Positions 40,757-50,024 are shown, counted from the first letter of the stretch. The stretch: DNA of 64,000 nt from an uncultured Alphaproteobacteria bacterium (GCA_944392835.1 CALXYB010000003.1:73389-137388); one strand, 5' to 3'. The notes: generated from the letters alone by a model not told the origin. Numbers and translations: made by a program.

Positions 40757-41443
40757 ATGAGCGAGAACTTTTGCAATCTGGACTTTTATAATATGCTGGT
40801 GCATATCGTCTTCAAAAACCGTGTTTCGGAAGAGAATGTTGCGGTAAAAAATGCTTGGGAAAAAAACGGCACTTTATTTTTTGACTTATATTTTTATCGC
40901 GCGAAAAAAGGCAAGCTGATAGATGCCGCTCTGGTGCGCGACTTGTATGATTTGAACACCGAAAAATATTATTATTCGGCACAAAATTTTTATCAAGAGT
41001 TTTTGCAAAGCCGAGAAATAGCTGCCGCACAAGCGGATAAGAAGCCTAAGGCCAACCCGATTGTTGTAGATGTCAAACAATTGGAAAGCATAAAGGATGA
41101 TTTAATCATTTTGACCTTTATGGCCAAATGCAATTCAAGTTTTACGGAGATTAAGATAAAAACTATCAGAAATTACATCACCCGCCTACGGCCGGAAACC
41201 AAAACTTTGAGTGAGCAGTATATCAATGCATATCTTAAGGACTTAAATCCAGATGAAGATGATTTTTATTTGTCTTTGATAAACATAAAGACCAAAACAC
41301 CGGAAGAAGCCACAGCTCTGGCGACAGAAGCTTTTAAAGTAAGCGCTTCAGACGGAGCTGTAATGTATAACGAGCGCATATATCTGGCGGAACTTTTGCA
41401 AGCTTTAAGGGAATATGGCTTGGAGCCGGACATAGGCTTTTAA
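40757..41443 (+). CDS. Hypothetical protein with C-terminal TerB-like region. It is translationally coupled to mfd.
   Basis: The product is 228 aa. The start abuts the mfd stop (TAAATG). The C-terminus ATALATEAFKVSASDGAVMYNERIYLAELLQALREYGL resembles the TerB-fold pattern (ADG...E...L..L...GL). Confidence 0.4.
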   Translation: MSENFCNLDFYNMLVHIVFKNRVSEENVAVKNAWEKNGTLFFDLYFYRAKKGKLIDAALVRDLYDLNTEKYYYSAQNFYQEFLQSREIAAAQADKKPKANPIVVDVKQLESIKDDLIILTFMAKCNSSFTEIKIKTIRNYITRLRPETKTLSEQYINAYLKDLNPDEDDFYLSLINIKTKTPEEATALATEAFKVSASDGAVMYNERIYLAELLQALREYGLEPDIGF

Positions 41444-41584
41444 GCAATTCATTAGCATAAGCTGATATGTAAAAACGCAAGGAAATCAGAAGCAAACAAG
41501 GGCAAGAGACCGAAAAGAATAAAAAAAGTTGCCATAAAGACGATTCGGCGCTATACTGATAATAGTGTATGATTTTAACAATAG

Positions 41585-41610
41585 GTGTGGTGTGTGTGTA
41601 TGTATGTGTG
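41585..41610. repeat. Imperfect (TG)n/(CA)n simple-sequence tract.
   Basis: The sequence is gtgtggtgtgtgtgtatgtatgtgtg. It lies in the convergent intergenic region. Confidence 0.7.
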
Positions 41611-41635
41611 AACAACAGAGCCTATCTGTTAAGAG

Positions 41636-41669
41636 AGCATCCGCCAACTCGTTGGCGGATGCTTCTTTC
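41636..41669 (+). terminator. Intrinsic terminator.
   Basis: The sequence is AGCATCCGCCAACtcGTTGGCGGATGCTTCTTT. Confidence 0.6.
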
Positions 41670-41701
41670 AAATAAAAGGGGCTGAGGCGGCACTTGCCTA
41701 A

Positions 41702-42163
41702 CTAGAGATTTTGCCCTCTAGATCCGCCGGGGAAGGGCATATATTGTCCGACACCACCGAAGAAGCGCTTGAAGAAGCCTTGTTGTTGACCGAGTGTTTC
41801 GGTCTTATCTTCATTAATAGCCACTTGTTTGCCGTCTTTTTCGCTCATACGGTCAATATCAATCACTTCGTTCTGCTCATTAAACTTGATGGTTAAGACA
41901 TCGCGGCTGACTTCCTTGGGGGCAAGAAAAGCAATACGCTCAATTTCGGAAGACATATAAATCCACGTATTTTTATCAAAAGAAACAACTGTTGACGGAC
42001 TACCCAAAATAGATTTCACCTCATATTTTGATTGCCCAAGCTTTACTTGTTCGATTCTTTCATTAGATGGCATATTACCATTGTGCGTAATAAACAAATC
42101 ACGACTACAAGCAGATAGAGAGCAAATCAACAGTAGAGATAAGAACACTTTGTTTATTGACAT
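41702..42163 (-). CDS. bamE: Outer membrane protein assembly factor BamE (SmpA/OmlA lipoprotein).
   Basis: The lipobox is LSAC. The SmpA_OmlA core is VKLGQSKYEVKSILGSPSTVVSFDKNTWIY. The C-terminal tail is Gly-rich. Confidence 0.65.
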   Translation of the reverse strand: MSINKVFLSLLLICSLSACSRDLFITHNGNMPSNERIEQVKLGQSKYEVKSILGSPSTVVSFDKNTWIYMSSEIERIAFLAPKEVSRDVLTIKFNEQNEVIDIDRMSEKDGKQVAINEDKTETLGQQQGFFKRFFGGVGQYMPFPGGSRGQNL

Positions 42164-42227
42164 TTAATCTTCCTTATTAGTATATAAAATTAAATATTGT
42201 CATTTATATAACATAAGGAAAGCATTA

Positions 42228-42749
42228 ATGCAAAAAAATTTTTCATATCCGATTGTTGTAGATGAACTAACGCGCACCGAAAAAAAATATCATCTCAAGG
42301 CAACAAACAAGGATTTAGAGTATTTAACCGAGGTTCTGCAAGTTCCCGCGGTCAAAGACTTTGAGGCTGAAATATTGTTAAAAAACAATCCAAAAGAACA
42401 CATTCTTAATGTATCAGGCAAGGTAAGAGCTGAGTTAGAATTAGAAAGTGTGGTCAGTTTGGAGCATTTTACCAAAGTCTATGAGCCTGAGTTCTCATTG
42501 GTTTATGATACACAAATGACATATAAAGAACAAAGAGCTTTGTTAGAAGATGATAATGCGGCAGATGTTCCGGATATTATAGAAAACGGCAAAATAGATT
42601 TAGGGCAGATAGCAATAGAACAAGTTGCGTTAGTAATGGAGGATTACCCGAGAAAAGAGGGTGAGGTATTTGAGTTTATATCAGAGTTTGATGAAGAAAC
42701 AACCAAGGCTCAAAATCCATTTAGTGTTCTGGCTAAGCTCAAAAAATAA
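42228..42749 (+). CDS. yceD: YceD/DUF177 family protein (large-subunit rRNA accumulation).
   Basis: It sits immediately upstream of rpmF-plsX-fabH, the conserved yceD-rpmF operon. The product is 173 aa and acidic. Confidence 0.6.
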   Translation: MQKNFSYPIVVDELTRTEKKYHLKATNKDLEYLTEVLQVPAVKDFEAEILLKNNPKEHILNVSGKVRAELELESVVSLEHFTKVYEPEFSLVYDTQMTYKEQRALLEDDNAADVPDIIENGKIDLGQIAIEQVALVMEDYPRKEGEVFEFISEFDEETTKAQNPFSVLAKLKK

Positions 42750-42895
42750 AAATTATGCTTGCAAAATTATAAAATATTGGATAAAAGGGCACTAAAGCTT
42801 TCCGAAAGTTAAAATATCTGTTGATTTTAAAAGTCAATTAGTTTATTAGAAACGTTTGGAAAATAAGAATAACAGTAACTTTAGAGTATAAGAAA

Positions 42896-43084
42896 ATGGC
42901 TACACCAAAGAAGAAAACATCTAAATCTCGTCGCGACATGCGTCGTTCTCACGATGCTTTGGGTGCAAATTCCTATATGGAATGCCCAAATTGCGGTGAG
43001 TTGAAGAGACCTCATAATGTTTGCCCGAAGTGCGGACACTATGACAATCGTGAAGTTGTTGCACAGAAGGCAACTAACGAATAA
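42896..43084 (+). CDS. rpmF: 50S ribosomal protein L32, with a C4 zinc-ribbon variant.
   Basis: [16 protein letters not shown] is the L32 signature. CPNCG...CPKCG provides four Cys. Confidence 0.85.
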   Translation: MATPKKKTSKSRRDMRRSHDALGANSYMECPNCGELKRPHNVCPKCGHYDNREVVAQKATNE

Positions 43085-43104
43085 TTGAACTTACTTTTAT
43101 ATGA

Positions 43105-44169
43105 TTGGAGCCGGTTTTGTCTGAAAATAATCTGGTTATTTCAATCGACGCAATGGGGGGAGATAATTCCCCCCGAGTCGTAATAGAGGGCTTGGCAATT
43201 GCAGCCAAGAAAAATCCGGACACCAAGTTTTTGTTGTTCGGTAAAGAGGCGCAAATTAGAGAAATCCTCAACAATTATCCTCAGCTTCAAAAGGTTTGCG
43301 AGATTCGCAACGCTGATGAAGTCGTCCGCAATGAAGACAAACCGTCTTCGGTCATTCGTAACAAAAACACCAGCATGTATATGGCAATAGATGCCGTCCG
43401 CAAAGGCGAGGCGCAAGCTGTGGTCTCAGCCGGCAATACGGGCGCTTTGATGGCTATATCTAAAATGGTGTTAAAAACAATCCAAAAGATTCATCGTCCG
43501 GCAATTGTGAGCATGATGCCCCACATCAACGGCAAGTATGTTATGCTGGATTTAGGTGCGAATACCGAATGCAGTGCCATCAATCTGGCAGAGTTCGCTA
43601 TGATGGGTGATATTTTGGCGCGTTGCGCTTTGGGGATTACTCGTCCGCGCGTGGCATTATTGAATATTGGCGCGGAAGAAATGAAGGGCAAAGAAGAGAT
43701 TCATAAAGCCGCTCAGATGATTCGCAACTCACATATGAATATTGATTTTATCGGTTATATTGAGCCGCATGAGATTCCCAACAACAAGGCAGATGTGATT
43801 GTTGCAGATGGTTTTACGGGCAATATTGCCTTAAAGTCCATAGAAGGAACGGCGCGTTTGGTTATGCGGATGATAAAAAATGCGGTTAAGGGTTCTTTCT
43901 TGGCAAAAATCGGTTTGCCTTTTATGATGGGAGTCGTTTTAAGAATCAAAAAGACGATGGACCCACGGTTGTACAACGGAGCAATGTTTGTCGGGCTTAA
44001 CGGTTTATCCGTAAAAAGTCATGGCGGAACGGATGCTTTGGGTTTTTCTGTTGCGGTAAACAATGCGGCAAGTTTGGTTCGCCAAAACTTTGTTGCCGCC
44101 ATTCGCAACGAAATTGAAAAAATAGATTTGGATGAATTATCACAGGAAGCAATTTATGACTTGTATTAG
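43105..44169 (+). CDS. plsX: Phosphate acyltransferase PlsX.
   Basis: ISIDAMGGD is the PlsX N-terminal signature. The start is TTG at 43105, or more likely TTG at 43117 with a GGAG 6 nt upstream. Confidence 0.85.
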   Translation: MEPVLSENNLVISIDAMGGDNSPRVVIEGLAIAAKKNPDTKFLLFGKEAQIREILNNYPQLQKVCEIRNADEVVRNEDKPSSVIRNKNTSMYMAIDAVRKGEAQAVVSAGNTGALMAISKMVLKTIQKIHRPAIVSMMPHINGKYVMLDLGANTECSAINLAEFAMMGDILARCALGITRPRVALLNIGAEEMKGKEEIHKAAQMIRNSHMNIDFIGYIEPHEIPNNKADVIVADGFTGNIALKSIEGTARLVMRMIKNAVKGSFLAKIGLPFMMGVVLRIKKTMDPRLYNGAMFVGLNGLSVKSHGGTDALGFSVAVNNAASLVRQNFVAAIRNEIEKIDLDELSQEAIYDLY

Positions 44170-45136
44170 ATCAGAGATTATTGGGCACGGACACTATCAG
44201 CCGGCAAAAGTTTTAACAAATGATGATATGGCCAAGATTGTTGAGACCAGCGATGAATGGATTACCGAAAGAACAGGTATCAAGTCCAGACATATTGCCG
44301 CTGAAGGTGAGTTGACATCAGATTTGGCAATGCATGCAGCCGAGATGGCTTTAAGAACGGCAGGCATCAGTGCAGAAGAACTAGATTTGATTGTTGTCGG
44401 TACCGTAACTCCGGATAATACGTTTCCTGCAGTTGCAACAAAAATAGCAGCAAAGTTGGGTTGCCGTCATGGTATTCCTGCTTTTGACCTTTCAGCAGCT
44501 TGCTCAGGCTTTGTATATTCTCTGACAATGGCAGATAATATGCTGCGTTTAGGCCAAGCCAAGACAGCTTTGGTTATTGGCGCCGAGACTCTTTCTCGCG
44601 TAACGGACTGGACAGACCGCAACACTTGTGTTTTGTTTGGAGACGGTGCGGGCGCAGTAGTGATTTGCGCTTATGAAGGCAAGGGCGACACAACAGACCG
44701 CGGAGTCTTGAGCACAAAAATCTTTTCAGACGGTGCGCAATATGACAATTTATATTGCAAAGGCGGTGTTTCAAGCACTCAGACGGCAGGTTTTACATTT
44801 ATGAACGGCAAGGAAGTATTTAAAAGCGCCATTGGTTGCTTGACACAAGCCGCGGAAACAGTTGCCGAGCAAGCCGGTATTAAGGTAACAGACATTGATT
44901 GGTTGTTGCCCCACCAAGCCAATATTCGCATTATTGAAGGTGTTGGTAAAAAATTAGAGTTACCGGAGAGCAAGGTTATTGTAACCATTGATCATCAAGC
45001 CAATACATCCGCCGCATCAATTCCTTTGGCATTATCAGAATGCTTAGAGAGCGGAAAAATCAAAAAAGGTGATTTGGTTATATTCAACTCTATGGGTGCA
45101 GGCTTCACTTGGGGCGGCGCACTGGTCAGAATTTAA
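44156..45136 (+). CDS. fabH: 3-oxoacyl-[ACP] synthase III.
   Basis: The product is ~326 aa. The active-site Cys context is AFDLSAACSGFVYSL. The C-terminal GFTWGGALVR is present. The start is chosen at MTCIRSEIIG; the longer ORF-track N-terminus is an artefact. Confidence 0.9.
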   Translation: MTCIRSEIIGHGHYQPAKVLTNDDMAKIVETSDEWITERTGIKSRHIAAEGELTSDLAMHAAEMALRTAGISAEELDLIVVGTVTPDNTFPAVATKIAAKLGCRHGIPAFDLSAACSGFVYSLTMADNMLRLGQAKTALVIGAETLSRVTDWTDRNTCVLFGDGAGAVVICAYEGKGDTTDRGVLSTKIFSDGAQYDNLYCKGGVSSTQTAGFTFMNGKEVFKSAIGCLTQAAETVAEQAGIKVTDIDWLLPHQANIRIIEGVGKKLELPESKVIVTIDHQANTSAASIPLALSECLESGKIKKGDLVIFNSMGAGFTWGGALVRI

Positions 45137-45247
45137 TAAAATATCTGTTTAATAACTTTGACGAGATACTTGTCATTGTTTTTAAGATGGTATAGTCCTG
45201 TATATCAGTTAATTTGATATGTAATTAAGAAGCAAAGAGGAAAGAAA

Positions 45248-45532
45248 ATGAAAACAATTACCCGTGCAGATGTTGCCGAAACCATTTATGAAGAAATCGG
45301 TTTGTCCCGCAAAGATTCTAATGATATCTTGGATATGATTTTAGATGAGATTGTACAAGAGCTTTCTGCAGGCAATGATGTAAAGCTTTCATCTTTCGGT
45401 ACTTTTGCTTTGCGTAACAAGAAGGCTCGTGCCGGACGCAATCCTAAAACCGGTGTTGAAGCCGAGATTTCACCGCGTCGTGTTATCTCGTTCAAACCTT
45501 CTCAAACCATGAGAAAAATCATCAACGCTTAA
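45248..45532 (+). CDS. ihfA: Integration host factor subunit alpha.
   Basis: The product is 94 aa. The beta-arm GRNPKTGVEAEISPRRV is present. The gene follows fabH and precedes merR, as in alphaproteobacteria. Confidence 0.85.
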   Translation: MKTITRADVAETIYEEIGLSRKDSNDILDMILDEIVQELSAGNDVKLSSFGTFALRNKKARAGRNPKTGVEAEISPRRVISFKPSQTMRKIINA

Positions 45533-45554
45533 ATTTTAAGACAGGAAAACTGCT

Positions 45555-45953
45555 ATGGTTGTAAATAAATCAAAAGCAGCATTCAGAACGATTGCCGAAG
45601 TTGCCGATGAGTTGGGCATTGCTACGCATGTTTTGCGCTTTTGGGAGACCAAATTTCCGCAAATAAAGCCGATGAAAAGGAGCGGCGGCAGACGTTATTA
45701 TCGTCCGGATGATGTTAAACTTGTTAGTATTATTAAAGATTATCTTTATGAAAAAAGATATACAATTGAAGGTGTTCAAAAGATTTTTAAAGAAAAAGGT
45801 TTAAAGAACCTTTTAGGAGAAGAGATTCAAAAAGACTTTTTTGAAGTTCCGGAAGAACCTTTGAATGAGCAGACGCAAGAGTTTTTAAGTTCCTTGCAAC
45901 AACAGTTAAAAAAGATGCGTCAAGAACTGAGTGAGGCAATAGAAAAGATATAA
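45555..45953 (+). CDS. MerR-family transcriptional regulator.
   Basis: The N-terminal HTH is [24 protein letters not shown]-terminal coiled coil is present. This is the conserved ihfA-merR pair. Confidence 0.75.
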   Translation: MVVNKSKAAFRTIAEVADELGIATHVLRFWETKFPQIKPMKRSGGRRYYRPDDVKLVSIIKDYLYEKRYTIEGVQKIFKEKGLKNLLGEEIQKDFFEVPEEPLNEQTQEFLSSLQQQLKKMRQELSEAIEKI

Positions 45954-46023
45954 AAACATTTTTTTTAGCAAAAAAGCAGTTGCATAAAAAAAATAATGTG
46001 ATAAACCAATAGGCGTTAAGTTT

Positions 46024-46061
46024 CGGGACGTAGTTCAGCTTAGGTGAGCGCTTGCATGGGG
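46024..46061 (+). pseudogene. Truncated 5' fragment (~38 nt) of tRNA-Pro: acceptor 5' strand through anticodon loop, with no T-arm.
   Basis: CGGGACGTAGTTCAGCTTAGGTGAGCGCTTGCATGGGG corresponds to the first 38 nt of the intact tRNA at 46266. It then diverges. Confidence 0.6.
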
Positions 46062-46265
46062 CTTGAGGCGGAAAGATGTTCCTGAGAAACATCTTTCAAC
46101 GAAAGGCGAAGTTTTGTTAAAGAATAATCAAGCGACAGCGCAGATTATGAATGTTACAAAACGAGTGCCCGCAGCGAGTTAGCCTTGCGAAGCAAGACTT
46201 ACGAGCCAGACAAGAAGTCGGAGACTTCTTGCAAGAAGACAAAAGTATTATTGATGGAGACATAA

Positions 46266-46342
46266 ACGGGACGTAGTTCAGCCTGGTAGAGCGCTTGCAT
46301 GGGGTGCAAGAAGTCGGAGGTTCGAATCCTCTCGTCCCGACC
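46266..46342 (+). tRNA. tRNA-Pro, anticodon GGG.
   Basis: The sequence is CGGGACGTAGTTCAGCCTGGTAGAGCGCTTGCATGGGGTGCAAGAAGTCGGAGGTTCGAATCCTCTCGTCCCGACCA. The cloverleaf is drawn by hand, with anticodon loop ATGGGGT. CCA is encoded. Confidence 0.8.
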
Positions 46343-46346
46343 AGAT

Positions 46347-46376
46347 ATAAAAAGACCACCCAAAGAGGTGGTCTTT
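46347..46376 (+). terminator. Intrinsic terminator after tRNA-Pro. It is copy 1 of a duplicated hairpin.
   Basis: The sequence is AAAAAGACCACCcaaagaGGTGGTCTTTTT. Confidence 0.7.
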
Positions 46377-46388
46377 TTATATCTGTAT

Positions 46389-46426
46389 TGTCGGACGCAG
46401 GATTTGAACCTACGACTTCTTGGATT
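46389..46426 (-). pseudogene. Inverted, degenerate 3'-half fragment of a Pro-like tRNA: variable loop, T-arm and acceptor 3' strand, with no CCA.
   Basis: The minus-strand reading is AATCCAAGAAGTCGTAGGTTCAAATCCTGCGTCCGACA. The tRNA-Pro 3' half is AAGAAGTCGGAGGTTCGAATCCTCTCGTCCCGACCA. Confidence 0.5.
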
Positions 46427-46555
46427 TCTAAAAGCGAATAAGAGCGCTTGTTTGTCAAAAAAACGGAAAATGTCAAATTTTGTACAAAAAAAGTTGAAAA
46501 AAACATATTTTTGCAGTATAAAGAGATAAGTACAAAATATAAAATACAAACTATT

Positions 46556-47254
46556 ATGGAAACGGCACTTGCAAATGTACTTAGAAATTTTATAGTCCTT
46601 GCGGATAATGATGGGACTATAAGGGATACAAATAATGTGAAAGACAAATGTCTGAACGACTTTTGTACCCGAGAAATTGGACCGATGTTGCAGTCTTGCG
46701 TCTTGCCGACTGAAATTCATCGGCAGTTACATGGAAAACCCATGTCGGAGATTTTTGTGGAGATTGCTAAGAAATGCTATGAAAAGACCATCTCTTTAGA
46801 AGAAGGTCAGGAGCTAACAAAAAGGTTGAATCTCTACATCAGACCCGAATACATTTCCCGACCTGTGTATAATGGAGCTATTGAGTTCTATTCTGCATTA
46901 AAAAACATGGGGCTTCCTATGTATATTTTGACCGGAATGGAACCAGACCTTGTTGAAGAAGGTCTGAATGCAAACGGAATGAAGGGAATATTTGATGGTA
47001 TTCTTGGAGCTCCAAAAAACAAAAGGGAAAATATTGCTGAAATATTAGCTAGCCATAAAGGCTGCAGAATTTTGGCAATGGGTGATTCCTATGAAGAATA
47101 TGCCGAAACCACGGCATATCCAGGGACGATATTTCTTGCCTTTGATTTTGAACAAAGGAAGAAGAGGGTATTTCCGGAAAATGTGAATGTTCTTACCCAA
47201 TACGGGGAGAGCGTTTGGCAAGAAATTGAGGTGCAGTTAAAACAGCGTCTCTAA
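46556..47254 (+). CDS. HAD-superfamily hydrolase.
   Basis: LADNDGTIRDT is the DxDGT motif I. The start is chosen at METALANV. The longer ORF-track start overlaps the tRNA fragment. Confidence 0.55.
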   Translation: METALANVLRNFIVLADNDGTIRDTNNVKDKCLNDFCTREIGPMLQSCVLPTEIHRQLHGKPMSEIFVEIAKKCYEKTISLEEGQELTKRLNLYIRPEYISRPVYNGAIEFYSALKNMGLPMYILTGMEPDLVEEGLNANGMKGIFDGILGAPKNKRENIAEILASHKGCRILAMGDSYEEYAETTAYPGTIFLAFDFEQRKKRVFPENVNVLTQYGESVWQEIEVQLKQRL

Positions 47255-47264
47255 AATAATTATT

Positions 47265-47295
47265 AAAAAAGACCACCTGAAGAGGTGGTCTTTTT
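47265..47295. terminator. Bidirectional intrinsic terminator. It is copy 2 of the duplicated hairpin.
   Basis: AAAAAAGACCACCtgaagaGGTGGTCTTTTT is nearly identical to 46347..46376. Confidence 0.7.
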
Positions 47296-47297
47296 GT

Positions 47298-49220
47298 TTA
47301 GTAATAATATCTTCCGCCCATGCGGTCTCTTTGTCGTTGTTTCATATATTTTTCAAGAGCCTTGTAAGGGGTTCTTTTGGGAGAAATACAATTGAAGAAA
47401 GCATTAGCTAAGCTATAACCGGACATATTACGACTGGTTTTAATATCCAAAGAATCTTTAATCTTCTGTTGTTGTCTTTCTTTTTCGGATTCTGGAATAT
47501 TAAGGCGGTTAATATATTCAGCATATTCCAAAGCATCTTGTTTTTGTCTTTTTGTCAGATTAACGATACTCTTGCTGATACGAAATGAAACTTCAGGATA
47601 AGCGGCTTCCATTTCAAGGTCTTTAATAGATGAAAGAAATTGGTCTAGGTCAGTATTTACGGTATCCTTAGCCGAGTTTGTTAATTCATAAAAGCGCAAC
47701 ATTTCTTTAAACCAAGGGGTTGTATAGGCATGGAGTTGATAGCCTGCATCCATATTTTGCAAAACCATAAAACCGCGTCTTTCACTCCATAAAATAGAGT
47801 TAATGGTTTTAGGTTGGATGCCAATAGCTCCGGCATTAATCTTTTTTTCCAAATGGTTATTCAGTTTTTTAAGGTACAAACCGTAAGCTTCATGTTTGGC
47901 AAAAGGATAGGTAACATCCATAATCTCTTCCAACAAATGCTTAGTATCTTTATCATTAATTTGCGGAGTTTCCAAAGTTCTTGGTGTCGTGTTATTCATC
48001 AGTCTGCGCAAAATTTCAATATTAGTAGTTAGATTACCTTGAGAATCTCTTGTAGAGGCATCATATTTTTTGATGTTAAGTAAATTATCGGACTGAATGT
48101 CATAATCAGGATATTTTTCTTCAACATATTTAAGGACACGCTCTAACTTTTGTTTGCGATAATCAACATCCAAGTTTGGGTCAAGACCTTTAACAGCATC
48201 ATAGTACAAAACCATACGTTTAAGAATTTTATGCTGTTCGGGTTGTTGATTATGAATATAAGAACGCAAGTTAGGGAAGCTTTCATTGATGGCAATAGCA
48301 TCAAGTCTGATTTGCTCAAATCTATTTTCATCGCTTGAAGGTATTTGCTCGGCAATACGACAAAGACGTGTAATATTATAAGGTGTAACCCGAGAAGTTA
48401 AGCATCTGAAAACAAAACCGCTGCTTCCGTGGTCGGTAATATCTGTTCCCCACAGATTTCCGACCGAACTTAGAATTTTATTTTTTCCGCTTTTAATGAG
48501 TGGAACTACGTTATTAATGGCACCATAAGCCAAGTCATCATCAATAGAGGGTAGTTTTTCAATATATTTATCAAAATGGAGAGCAAAGAGCATAAATTTA
48601 GCTGGGGTCAATTTATCAATTGCTTTATCCATAATATCCAGACGTTTTACTTCATCTTGCGCATCTCTGATATTTCTTTTGGTAAAGATAGGGGTTTTAA
48701 CTTGCCCCATATTAGCAATTAATACGCCATAATCCACGGAATAAAACTTATCTATAATTTCCCTTTTAGTAAATTCAACATCCGTTTCATGGTGTGTATT
48801 ATAAAAGACAGAGATATTTATACTATCATTTTTTGCATAGTTCAGAACCTTAGGGAAGGTTTGAGCAATTTTATCAATCAAAATATCATTTTCATCAATG
48901 CTTTGAGGTTCCTTGATATAGTTGCTCAGAACACGACATAAAAGGTTTTTATCATCATCTTCGTTCAATGTTTGAGCAAAATCTGAGAATTTATTGGAGA
49001 TTTGGATAATCTTATGCAATTCAATAGGGTTTTTTGTGCAAAGTTGATAAAGCAATTCAGCTTGAGGAACTTTGAACTTTTTACCAATATTAAGGTTATC
49101 AGCAATATGTGAGATTAATTTGAAATTTTGAGCTTGTATATGCACATCATCAAAATTATTTTTAAGCCGTTCGTTGATGTCATTCACCAGAACGGACGAA
49201 AGAGAAGAATTTTCTGTCAT
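47298..49220 (-). CDS. Large orphan hypothetical protein, Asn/Lys/Ile/Asp-rich with a basic C-terminal tail.
   Basis: The intact ORF is ~640-655 aa, with the start at either GTG 49265 or ATG 49220. It has no recognisable catalytic motif. It ends ...KQRQRDRMGGRYYY. Confidence 0.4.
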   Translation of the reverse strand: MTENSSLSSVLVNDINERLKNNFDDVHIQAQNFKLISHIADNLNIGKKFKVPQAELLYQLCTKNPIELHKIIQISNKFSDFAQTLNEDDDKNLLCRVLSNYIKEPQSIDENDILIDKIAQTFPKVLNYAKNDSINISVFYNTHHETDVEFTKREIIDKFYSVDYGVLIANMGQVKTPIFTKRNIRDAQDEVKRLDIMDKAIDKLTPAKFMLFALHFDKYIEKLPSIDDDLAYGAINNVVPLIKSGKNKILSSVGNLWGTDITDHGSSGFVFRCLTSRVTPYNITRLCRIAEQIPSSDENRFEQIRLDAIAINESFPNLRSYIHNQQPEQHKILKRMVLYYDAVKGLDPNLDVDYRKQKLERVLKYVEEKYPDYDIQSDNLLNIKKYDASTRDSQGNLTTNIEILRRLMNNTTPRTLETPQINDKDTKHLLEEIMDVTYPFAKHEAYGLYLKKLNNHLEKKINAGAIGIQPKTINSILWSERRGFMVLQNMDAGYQLHAYTTPWFKEMLRFYELTNSAKDTVNTDLDQFLSSIKDLEMEAAYPEVSFRISKSIVNLTKRQKQDALEYAEYINRLNIPESEKERQQQKIKDSLDIKTSRNMSGYSLANAFFNCISPKRTPYKALEKYMKQRQRDRMGGRYYY

Positions 49221-49376
49221 AATCAAAAACCAATTAGTTAAAATAGAATGAAGGAAAGCTAGCACAGCTTTATTGAAAAAGCAAATGATTTTCTGTCTAA
49301 AATTAATTTTGTTACATAAATGGTGAATAACTAAGCAAGATGATTATATAAAAAAGAAAACAAAAGGAGAAAAGAC

Positions 49377-50024
49377 ATGAAAAGATTAAGTTCAGCCAGA
49401 AAAGATTATTTACATGTTATGAGTATGTTATGGGATTTTTTTACAAGTAAAACAGGCGCATTTATAATTGGTGTTGGAGCAATTGTTATCGGTATGTATC
49501 AATTTTACATCAGCAAACCGATTTTGGAATATGAATCAGCACATACCAATATTATTTCTGCGGCAGATGTAAGTGATTTGAAAGTAACTGTTAAAGAAAG
49601 AGAATATAAGGATATGTATTTAACGACTTTAACTTTGCTGAATACAGGTTCTCAGGCCTTAGATGGCGGAGATGTATCCAAAATCGGTCATGATCCGATA
49701 AGAATAATTGTCCCCGAAGATGCGCGTTTAGTGGCTTATAACATTAATACCAAACAGACTTCTCCGGCAGTTTCGGCTAAGCTTGTGCCCTATGACGGAG
49801 ATATAGTAATTGATTTTGATTTTTTGAATCCCGACAATCAGATAGCCATAAATCTTTTGCACGAAAAAGAAAGCGATAAATTTGAGATAGTTGGTAGCGC
49901 GGTTAATGTTAATAGTATAAGCAGAGCTTGGAGTCCTGTTCAAAAGCGAGAAATGATAATAGGTATATTGTTGGTTTGCTTTGCGTTATATATTTTTGCT
50001 AATATTTTAAGCAGGCGCTCATAA
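49377..50024 (+). CDS. Hypothetical bitopic membrane protein, with N- and C-terminal transmembrane helices.
   Basis: The product is 215 aa. Hydrophobic segments are GAFIIGVGAIVIGMYQFYI and MIIGILLVCFALYIFANIL. An AAAGGAG RBS is present. Confidence 0.4.
   Translation: MKRLSSARKDYLHVMSMLWDFFTSKTGAFIIGVGAIVIGMYQFYISKPILEYESAHTNIISAADVSDLKVTVKEREYKDMYLTTLTLLNTGSQALDGGDVSKIGHDPIRIIVPEDARLVAYNINTKQTSPAVSAKLVPYDGDIVIDFDFLNPDNQIAINLLHEKESDKFEIVGSAVNVNSISRAWSPVQKREMIIGILLVCFALYIFANILSRRS

Noticed and set aside
46117-46720. Two long minus-strand ORFs (176 and 173 aa) overlapping tRNA-Pro and the HAD gene start
   Set aside because: They span a tRNA gene, terminators and the 5' end of a better-supported gene. 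They are most likely spurious.
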